Of a stretch of 64,000 nt of DNA, positions 38,691 to 45,602 are shown one piece after another. The stretch is taken from assembly GCA_964245665.1 (NCBI GenBank), contig CAXTNK010000001.1, forward strand, positions 3,544-67,543, written 5' to 3'. Source of the DNA: an uncultured Acidobacteriaceae bacterium (lineage in GTDB: Bacteria; Acidobacteriota; Terriglobia; Terriglobales; Acidobacteriaceae). Position numbers and translations under genes: made by a program. Within the stretch, counting starts at the first letter, position 1, and each line of letters begins with the position of its first letter. The notes beneath the pieces were generated by a model. It saw nothing but the letters and a program-made list of their open reading frames with translations, was not told the origin of the DNA and did no database searches.

Positions 38691-39737
38691 ATGGCGAAAC
38701 CGGTCTCCCAACTCGACAACAATCCGGAGCGGCTGGTATCGGCGACCCGTGCGGATGAAGATAGTGGCTTTGAACTCAAGCTTAGGCCGCGATTGCTGTC
38801 GGAGTTTATCGGCCAGTCGAAAGCGAAGGAACAACTGGCCATCGCGCTTGAAGCAGCCAAGTCGCGCGGCGAGGCATTGGATCATGTACTGCTCTTCGGG
38901 CCGCCGGGACTGGGCAAGACGACGCTCGCGAGTATCATCGCCAATGAACTTGACGTCGGCTTCCAGCAGACCTCCGGGCCGGCTCTGCAGATCCAGGGTG
39001 ACCTGACGGCGATTCTTACGAATCTTCGCGAGCGCCAGGTGCTGTTTCTCGATGAGATTCATCGCCTGCAGCCAGTGCTCGAAGAGAAGCTCTACACCGC
39101 GCTCGAGGACTACAAGCTGGACATCATCATCGGCCAGGGTCCATCTGCGCGCACGCATGTGATGGATATCAAGCCGTTCACCTTTGTCGCTGCGACTACG
39201 CGGCCGGGGCTGCTGTCTTCACCGCTGCGTTCACGCTTCGGCATCCTTCTGCGGCTGGAGTTTTACAGTGAGGAGCAGCTGCGCTTTGTCGTCGAACGTT
39301 CAGCTGAAGTACTCGGCGTGCCGATTGATCATGATGGAGCTTCCGAGATTGCGCTACGCTCGCGAGGCACACCGCGTATCGCGAATCGCCTGCTGCGCCG
39401 CGTGCGCGATTATGCTCAGGTGCGAGGAACCGGCGTCATCGACCACGCAACCGCGAAGGCTGCGCTGCAGTTGCTTGAAGTGGATGCGCATGGATTCGAT
39501 GAACTCGATCGCCGGCTGCTGCTGACGATCATCGAAAAGTATGATGGCGGTCCGGTCGGCCTGAATACCCTGGCTGCGACTTTGGCCGAAGAAGAAGATG
39601 CGCTCGAAGAAGTATATGAGCCGTTCCTGATCCAGATTGGTTTCCTTGACCGCACGCCAAGGGGACGAGTGGCGACCAGATTGGCGTATGAGCATTTCAA
39701 TCTGCCCATGCCGCGGAAGGCGAATTTGCTGTTCTAA
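38691..39737 (+). CDS. ruvB: Holliday junction branch migration DNA helicase RuvB
   Basis: [14 protein letters not shown] (Walker A), FLDEIHRL (Walker B) and [16 protein letters not shown]. Confidence 0.98.
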   Translation: MAKPVSQLDNNPERLVSATRADEDSGFELKLRPRLLSEFIGQSKAKEQLAIALEAAKSRGEALDHVLLFGPPGLGKTTLASIIANELDVGFQQTSGPALQIQGDLTAILTNLRERQVLFLDEIHRLQPVLEEKLYTALEDYKLDIIIGQGPSARTHVMDIKPFTFVAATTRPGLLSSPLRSRFGILLRLEFYSEEQLRFVVERSAEVLGVPIDHDGASEIALRSRGTPRIANRLLRRVRDYAQVRGTGVIDHATAKAALQLLEVDAHGFDELDRRLLLTIIEKYDGGPVGLNTLAATLAEEEDALEEVYEPFLIQIGFLDRTPRGRVATRLAYEHFNLPMPRKANLLF

Positions 39738-39764
39738 CTCTACATTCGCTCCACCCATTTGCCT

Positions 39765-39790
39765 GTCATCCCGACCGAAGTGGAGGGATC
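39765..39790 (+). repeat. dispersed short repeat, copy B (GTCATCCCGACCGAAGTGGAGGGATC; 10-nt shorter variant)
   Basis: Same head (GTCATCCCGACCGAAG) and tail (TGGAGGGATC) as copies A and C. Lies just 3' of ruvB. Confidence 0.7.
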
Positions 39791-39835
39791 CGCGTTTCCC
39801 GAGGCAGTGGACTTGGATCGTTAGGGCTGGCAAGA

Positions 39836-40251
39836 CTAAGTTGCTGAAGTTAACGCGCCCAATACCTTTTGGCGCGAAAGAAATTGAAGAGTCGTAGCTC
39901 CTTGTAGTTTAAGCTCCCTCTCGCGAGCAGTTACGGTGCCCGAGTACTTGCCTGCGCACACCGGACTTTCCTTGAGAACGTTGAATTCAACCAGTGCTTT
40001 ACCGATATGCGCGGGAACCATCATAGCCCTAGAAGGAACGCCCTCGGCACATTGCAATAGCACGTAAGCAGTTTGGACCTGAGGAATAACAGTAACCTCC
40101 AGACCGATGAGATCTCCGGTCTCTTCGATCATTCGCAAATCGCTGAACGTGCCGAATGCGATGCCGCGACGCTCCTTCGGAGTCGATTGCGCGTGGAGAT
40201 TTACACCCGCAAGAGCAGTCAAAAAATGATGCGTGCTGCGCGGCTAAGCAT
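39836..40251 (-). pseudogene. small secreted protein gene interrupted by a frameshift in a T6 run (or recoded by -1 slippage)
   Basis: ATG 40251 gives MLSRAARIIF then TGA (40221..40219). The 128-codon ORF continues one base out of frame as (L)TALAGVNLHAQS.... One extra T would give a textbook signal peptide MLSRAARIIFLTALAGVNLHA/QS. Confidence 0.55.
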
Positions 40252-40598
40252 CAGCCCCGACCACGCTCGGCCAGCATCGCCTCCCGCAGCAATGCGTTAA
40301 TACGCGTCTGGTATCCGGCGCCCTTCTGCTTCAGCCAGGCAATGACGTCAGAATCCACGCGTACGGTAAGCTGCTTTTTCACCGGCCGATAGAACGGATT
40401 GCGGACCGCGTTCTTCCACATCTCTTCCGTCCACTCCGGAATGTCGGAGAGATCAATTTCCTCATCCGGCGTCGCCGCCAATTCACGCGCCCTCAGCTTC
40501 TGTTCAGCCGTGAGCGGCGTGCCTGAAACCCGTCGAACAATAAATCCATTCGGCGCGTCTGGGGGAAGAACTATCTCACTGCTCATTTTGGATTTCAT
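40251..40598 (-). CDS. brnA: BrnA-type antitoxin
   Basis: GGAGGAGG SD. ...DLSDIPEWTEEMW...KKQLTVRVDSDVIAWLKQKGAGYQTRINALLREAM matches the BrnA antitoxin pattern. Start ATG 40598 lies inside the brnT 3' end. Confidence 0.85.
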   Translation of the reverse strand: MKSKMSSEIVLPPDAPNGFIVRRVSGTPLTAEQKLRARELAATPDEEIDLSDIPEWTEEMWKNAVRNPFYRPVKKQLTVRVDSDVIAWLKQKGAGYQTRINALLREAMLAERGRG

Positions 40599-40866
40599 GT
40601 CGCCTCCTCCCCGTTTTGTTCGCTCGCCGGGTTGAAATGATTCGAATGTATTTGTCTTCTCCATGCAGATGGATAGCATGAGCCACGACCAGAAGCTGCA
40701 CATCGAACATCCCGAACGTCTGCCAGCGCTGTTCTCCACTCGCGATGCGCTCTTTGAAGGTGGCGGTGGATAGATCGTCGAAAACACTCGCCGCGTCCTC
40801 AAACCTCACCCCGTGTTTGCGCAGGTTAGTCTCGGCCTGCAACGGATCCCATATGAAATAGATCAA
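40576..40866 (-). CDS. brnT: BrnT-type toxin (DUF497 ribonuclease toxin)
   Basis: FIWDPLQAETNLRKHGVRFEDAASVFDD...IRIISTRRANKTGRR matches the BrnT/DUF497 pattern. TTG start with a GAGGTG SD. Confidence 0.85.
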   Translation of the reverse strand: MIYFIWDPLQAETNLRKHGVRFEDAASVFDDLSTATFKERIASGEQRWQTFGMFDVQLLVVAHAIHLHGEDKYIRIISTRRANKTGRRRHEIQNEQ

Positions 40867-40952
40867 TGAGTCACCTCGTCTTAAGTATGCACAATTCTGT
40901 AGTTACATCGCTGTAGTCTCACCGACTCGTCTGCGATAGCATCGAAGGAGTC

Positions 40953-41966
40953 ATGAGCCATCTTCCTATCGCCATCTACTACGAGCAGCCGAACTGGTTC
41001 AAGCCGCTCTTTGCTGAACTGGATCGCCGCGCAGTTCCTTATGTGAAGCTGCATGCGGTCGAGCATTCCTTCTCGCCGGAGGAGCATCCTGAGCAGCAGT
41101 ATTCGCTGGTGTTCAATCGCATGAGCCCGTCGGCGTGGAACCGCGGTCATGGCGATACGATCTTCTACACGCTCGGCTTTCTAGATCATCTCGATCGCCG
41201 CGGTGTGCGCGTCATCAATGGCATGAAGGCGTTTCGCACGGAGTTATCGAAGGCTGCGCAGTTGTCCTTGCTAGAAGAACTGGGCCTGGCGTATCCGCGC
41301 GCGCGTTCCATTCATCGAGCTTCGCAGGCACTGGCGGCGACGGAAGGCCTGCGCTGGCCGGTGGTCGTGAAACCGAATATTGGCGGCAGTGGCGCCGGGG
41401 TCACGCGCTTCAATACGCCGAAGGAACTGACCATTACGGCTGACCGTGATGAGCTTGCTTTTGGACTCGACTCGACGGCGCTGGTGCAGGAGTTTATTCC
41501 TGCGCATGAATCGCACATCGTTCGCGTCGAAGTACTGAATGGCAAGTTTCTCTACGCCATCAAGGTGCACATTACGGGCGAAACGTTTGACCTGTGCCCG
41601 GCTGATATCTGCCGCACGCCAACGGCGAACCTCGCAGCAAGCCAGGCATCATGCGTGATCGATGCGGCAAAAAAAGGCTTGTCGATCGAGGCATTCACGC
41701 CGCCTGCGGAAGTGATTGCTGACGTCGAACGCATCATGCAACATGCCGGCATTGACATTGGCGGCGTTGAGTACATCACGGATGCGCGTGACGGACAGCG
41801 GCTGTATTACGACATCAATGCGCTCTCGAATTTCGTGTCGGACGGCCCCGGCCTGCTGGGCTTTGATCCATTTGTGAAGCTGGTCGACTGGCTTGAAGTA
41901 GAAGCGGCCCGCGGCTCAACACATCTCGATCACGAGCCGGCAATGGCCACGCACGGGCTGCGATAG
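40953..41966 (+). CDS. ATP-grasp domain protein (RimK/LysX-like ligase fold)
   Basis: AAGGAG SD. WPVVVKPNIGGSGAGV (ATP-grasp P-loop-like), ALVQEFIP and GGVEYI...YYDINALSNF. Confidence 0.75.
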   Translation: MSHLPIAIYYEQPNWFKPLFAELDRRAVPYVKLHAVEHSFSPEEHPEQQYSLVFNRMSPSAWNRGHGDTIFYTLGFLDHLDRRGVRVINGMKAFRTELSKAAQLSLLEELGLAYPRARSIHRASQALAATEGLRWPVVVKPNIGGSGAGVTRFNTPKELTITADRDELAFGLDSTALVQEFIPAHESHIVRVEVLNGKFLYAIKVHITGETFDLCPADICRTPTANLAASQASCVIDAAKKGLSIEAFTPPAEVIADVERIMQHAGIDIGGVEYITDARDGQRLYYDINALSNFVSDGPGLLGFDPFVKLVDWLEVEAARGSTHLDHEPAMATHGLR

Positions 41967-43007
41967 ATGTCACAGAAAATGCGGTATGGTTTCTGGATGC
42001 CCGTCTTTGGCGGCTGGCTGCGCAATGTCGATGACGAGAAGATGGAGACAAGCTGGGAGTATGCGAAGCGTCTTACGCAGCGCGCCGAGCAGCTTGGCTA
42101 CGATCTCTCGCTGATCGCCGAACTGAATCTCAATGACATCAAGGGCGTCGAAGCACCATCACTCGATGCCTGGTCGACGGCCGCGGCGCGCGCGGCCGGG
42201 ACCGAGCAACGGGGGATAATGGTCGCCCTGCGGGCCACCGTTGACCACCCGGCGCTTCTTGCGAAGCAGGCCGCGAATATCGATCACATCTCGAATGGCC
42301 GGCTCACACTGAATGTCGTTTCGAGCTGGTGGGCCGACGAAGCGACCAAGTATGGCATAGCCTTCGATCAGCACGACGACCGCTACGCACGCACGTCGGA
42401 ATGGCTCGATGTCATCGACGGCTGCTGGAAGCAGCAACATTTTTCGTATGACGGCAAGTACTACAAGGTGGCCGACAATGTGCTTTCACCCAAGCCTGTC
42501 AGCAAGCCGCGTCCTACCCTTTATGCCGGTGGCGAAAGTGAAACAGCCAAGAATCTGATCGCTGCCAAGTGCGATGCTTACCTGATGCATGGAGATCCTC
42601 CTGAAAACGTAGCAAAAAAGATTGCAGATATGAGGGAGCGCCGCGATAAGCTCGGTCTGCCGCCGATGGTCTTCGGATTTGCTGCCTATGCGATCGTTCG
42701 CGACTCGGAAGCAGAGGCACAGCGTGAGGTTGCGCATATCACCGATGTGCAGCAATCGGCGCGCGGCTATGCGAATTATCAGCAATGGATCTCCGGCTCG
42801 AAGCTCGACCAGAAAGTGTCGCTCGAAGATTACTCGGTTTCTAATCGCGGCCTGCGCGCCGGACTTGTCGGTACACCAGAGCAGGTGCAGGAGCGGCTTG
42901 AAGAATTTTCTTCTGTCGGGGTAGACCTAGTGTTGCTGCAGTCAAGTCCGCAGCTCGAAGAGATGGAGCGGTTTGCTGCGCAGGTGATGAAGACCCGTTT
43001 AGCGTAG
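41967..43007 (+). CDS. LLM-class (luciferase-like) flavin-dependent monooxygenase, SfnG-like
   Basis: YGFWMPVFGGWLRNV...LIAELNLNDIKG...NGRLTLNVVSSWW resembles FMNH2-dependent sulfone/alkanesulfonate monooxygenase relatives. The ATG directly abuts the upstream TAG (TAGATG). Confidence 0.75.
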   Translation: MSQKMRYGFWMPVFGGWLRNVDDEKMETSWEYAKRLTQRAEQLGYDLSLIAELNLNDIKGVEAPSLDAWSTAAARAAGTEQRGIMVALRATVDHPALLAKQAANIDHISNGRLTLNVVSSWWADEATKYGIAFDQHDDRYARTSEWLDVIDGCWKQQHFSYDGKYYKVADNVLSPKPVSKPRPTLYAGGESETAKNLIAAKCDAYLMHGDPPENVAKKIADMRERRDKLGLPPMVFGFAAYAIVRDSEAEAQREVAHITDVQQSARGYANYQQWISGSKLDQKVSLEDYSVSNRGLRAGLVGTPEQVQERLEEFSSVGVDLVLLQSSPQLEEMERFAAQVMKTRLA

Positions 43008-43036
43008 TGCTGTGTATGCGGAGTGAAGGAGATGCA

Positions 43037-43072
43037 GATCCCTTCACTACGCTTCGCTTCGGTCGGGATGAC
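43037..43072 (-). repeat. dispersed short repeat, copy C (reverse orientation)
   Basis: Reverse complement GTCATCCCGACCGAAGCGAAGCGTAGTGAAGGGATC. Overlaps an 8-bp hairpin (AGTGAAGG...CCTTCACT, 43022..43048) just 3' of the LLM gene. Confidence 0.75.
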
Positions 43073-43153
43073 GATACTATGTGGCTCGATCAGGATGACA
43101 AGAGGATGCAGGTACCCAAAAGTATGATGTGGTGGGATAATGCCTCAGGGATT

Positions 43154-43918
43154 TCAGCGGCCTTCGCTGAGCCGAGCGGCAAGTCGATCGGGCAGGCCGG
43201 CGTCGAGGATGCGCTGCTGTGTTAAGCGGATGTTGTACGGCACGCGATAGAAATGCAGGCGACCAGCGCCATATTCTGGGGCGTCGTCGAAGATCGCGAA
43301 TGCTGCGCGCCAGTCGCCATCGCGCGGCTGCCCTACCGATCCGGGATTGACCAGGTAACGTGCGCCGCTGCTCAGTTGCAGTTCAAACTCTTCTGCATCA
43401 TCTACTGTGTCGTATACCGGCACCAGCTTGAACCACTCTTCGTCGTTGGTCGCAAAGCCACCCTGCACATGGGTGTGCCCGAAGAAGTTGAGATGGGTGA
43501 CGGCATCCTTCAAAGGCCGCCATGCGTCGCGAACGGTTACCAGATATTCGTCTTCATCAATCGCTGAACCATGCATACAACTCACTGCTTCGCCGTGCGG
43601 CTTGATGGGTCCGCGTGCCAGCTGGCGCAGCCATAACATGTGTTCCGGCGTGAGTGCGCGCTGCGTCCATCGGGCGGCACGAGCGGCAATGGGATTGAAG
43701 TCATCGAGTGATGCAAGGCCGGAGCAGGCGCGATCATGATTGCCGCGCACGAAGGTCGTTCCCAGTCCGCTGATGCGGTTGATCACTTCGTTCGGACACG
43801 CGCCGTAGCCGACATTGTCGCCAAGGTTCCAGACGACATCGTGGACCGGTGCAGCATCGAGCACGGCGTCAAGAGCTTCGAGATTTGCGTGAATGTCCGA
43901 GAGAATGAGGGCGCGCAT
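43154..43918 (-). CDS. metallophosphoesterase family protein (calcineurin-like, YfcE/MJ0936-like)
   Basis: LILSDIHAN, GDNVGYG, RGNHD and GHTH motifs. Confidence 0.85.
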   Translation of the reverse strand: MRALILSDIHANLEALDAVLDAAPVHDVVWNLGDNVGYGACPNEVINRISGLGTTFVRGNHDRACSGLASLDDFNPIAARAARWTQRALTPEHMLWLRQLARGPIKPHGEAVSCMHGSAIDEDEYLVTVRDAWRPLKDAVTHLNFFGHTHVQGGFATNDEEWFKLVPVYDTVDDAEEFELQLSSGARYLVNPGSVGQPRDGDWRAAFAIFDDAPEYGAGRLHFYRVPYNIRLTQQRILDAGLPDRLAARLSEGR

Positions 43919-43959
43919 AGGGGCGTGGTGCAGGCCGGAGGAAAGGCCGAACGCCCAGA

Positions 43960-44865
43960 TTACCAGCTTCTGATTTGCGCCGCAGACTCCGAATGCTTTC
44001 GCACCAGGTGTCCCGGAGAGACAGACACCAGTTCACCAGCATTCAGTTCGGCATTCCGCGGCAGGGTCGCCAGGGGTTTTGTGCGATCGGTGGCAAGCGT
44101 CGGTACCGCGCCCATGAGGCTTTGCGTGTAGGGATGCTGCGGCGCACCGAAAATTGCAGCGCGGCTGCCCTCTTCGAGCAGCAGTCCATTGCGCATGACG
44201 GCAACGCGATCTGCCACTTCGCCGACCACGGCAAGGTCATGCGAGATGAACAGCATCGCCAACTGATATTGTTCGCGGAGGCTGCGCAGAAGGTCGAGGA
44301 TCTGCGCCTGCACGGTAACATCGAGCGCGGTCGTTGGTTCATCGGCAATCAGCAGCTCGGGCTTGTTGACGATTGCCATCGCGATCAGGATGCGCTGTCG
44401 CTGGCCGCCGGAAAACTGGTGCGGATAATCGTCGTAGCGCTTCGCGGCGTTCGGCAAGGCGACAGAGTCGAGCGCTGCAATGACGGCTGCGCGCACCTGT
44501 TTACGGTCGAGCGATGGCTGGTGAACTTCGACAGCTTCTGCGATCTGGCGGCCAATGGACATGACAGGGTTGAGCGATGTCATTGGCTCCTGGAAGATCA
44601 TCGCAATGCGCTTGCCGCGATAGGTGCGGAGCATCGCTGGTGGCTGGGTGAGCAGGTCGGTGCCAGAGAAGCGGATGGCGCCCGTTGTCTGTGCTGAGGG
44701 ATCGAGTAGCCCAAGGACTGCCAGCGATGTCACCGACTTGCCAGAGCCGGATTCACCCACGAGACCGAGTACTTCGCCTGCAGCGATCGAAAGGCTCAGG
44801 TCGCGTACGACCGGCTGGTTGCGGAAGCGGATCGTGAGATTTTCGATTTCGAGGAGTGCGCTCAT
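43960..44865 (-). CDS. ABC transporter ATP-binding protein (DppD/OppD-like), no permease or binding protein adjacent
   Basis: GESGSGKS (Walker A), FSGGQRQR (signature), [12 protein letters not shown] (Walker B) and ISHDL (H-loop). Confidence 0.88.
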   Translation of the reverse strand: MSALLEIENLTIRFRNQPVVRDLSLSIAAGEVLGLVGESGSGKSVTSLAVLGLLDPSAQTTGAIRFSGTDLLTQPPAMLRTYRGKRIAMIFQEPMTSLNPVMSIGRQIAEAVEVHQPSLDRKQVRAAVIAALDSVALPNAAKRYDDYPHQFSGGQRQRILIAMAIVNKPELLIADEPTTALDVTVQAQILDLLRSLREQYQLAMLFISHDLAVVGEVADRVAVMRNGLLLEEGSRAAIFGAPQHPYTQSLMGAVPTLATDRTKPLATLPRNAELNAGELVSVSPGHLVRKHSESAAQIRSW

Positions 44866-45016
44866 TCAGATCATCATAGTGTGGCGAAAAATTCGGATCT
44901 CTCCGCTGCGGTCAGATGACAAGCCCTTACATTGACAGAGTTTGGTATGCGCCGCGAACAAGTGCGACAAGCGGAAGCATCCGCGCTGAAGGCGCTTACG
45001 CCCGTGCGGCAAGCGC

Positions 45017-45565
45017 CTATTTGATATTGCAGCCCAGGCTGGGGACCTGCTGATCGGAGACTGGTTCGCCAGCGAGGATGCTTTTGATGGCGTTGCGCAG
45101 ATCCACACCTGTTACGGGCACATCATTGCCTGGGCGGCTGCCATCGAACTGGCCGCGATAGACGAGTTTCCGATCTTCGTCAAAGAGGAAAAAGTCGGGA
45201 GTGCAGGTGGCGTCGTAGGCGCGTGCGACTTCCTGAGTTTCGTCGTAGAGGTAGGGGAACGAAAATCCTTTTTCGCGAGCCTGCTCGGCGAGACTATCCG
45301 GTGCATCGGATGGATGGGCGACGGCGTCATTGCTGCTGATGGCAACGATGCCGAGAGCGCTCGCTGCGTAGTCATGGCCGAGAGCGGCGATGGCATGTTC
45401 GAGGTGCTTAACGAAGGGGCAATGCCGGCAGATGAACATGACGAGCAGGGCATGCTTCTGTTTGAAATCTGCGAGAGACAGGATACGGCCGGTGACGACG
45501 TCGGTCAGGTTAAAGTCTGGTGCCTGGGTGCCGAGTGGAAGCATCGCGGATTCGGTGCGCGCCAT
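45017..45565 (-). CDS. thioredoxin-fold (redoxin/AhpC-TSA-like) protein
   Basis: APDFNL...LLVMFICRHCPFVKH (CxxC) with typical redoxin length. Confidence 0.8.
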   Translation of the reverse strand: MARTESAMLPLGTQAPDFNLTDVVTGRILSLADFKQKHALLVMFICRHCPFVKHLEHAIAALGHDYAASALGIVAISSNDAVAHPSDAPDSLAEQAREKGFSFPYLYDETQEVARAYDATCTPDFFLFDEDRKLVYRGQFDGSRPGNDVPVTGVDLRNAIKSILAGEPVSDQQVPSLGCNIK

Positions 45566-45602
45566 AATGAATCTCCCTGGAATAGTTTAAGCGATTGCAG
45601 CG

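Noticed and set aside
40867-41966. ATP-grasp as a graspetide/microviridin-type RiPP maturase
   Set aside because: No short precursor-peptide ORF with a Thr/Ser/Asp/Glu/Lys-rich core precedes or follows it (only an 86-nt upstream spacer). The sequence looks RimK-like rather than MdnC-like.
43154-44865. ABC ATPase plus metallophosphoesterase as an SbcCD-like or defence-type nuclease pair
   Set aside because: The ATPase is 301 aa with contiguous Walker A, signature and Walker B motifs and no coiled-coil insertion. It matches Dpp/Opp transporter NBDs. The phosphoesterase is YfcE-like rather than SbcD/Mre11-like.
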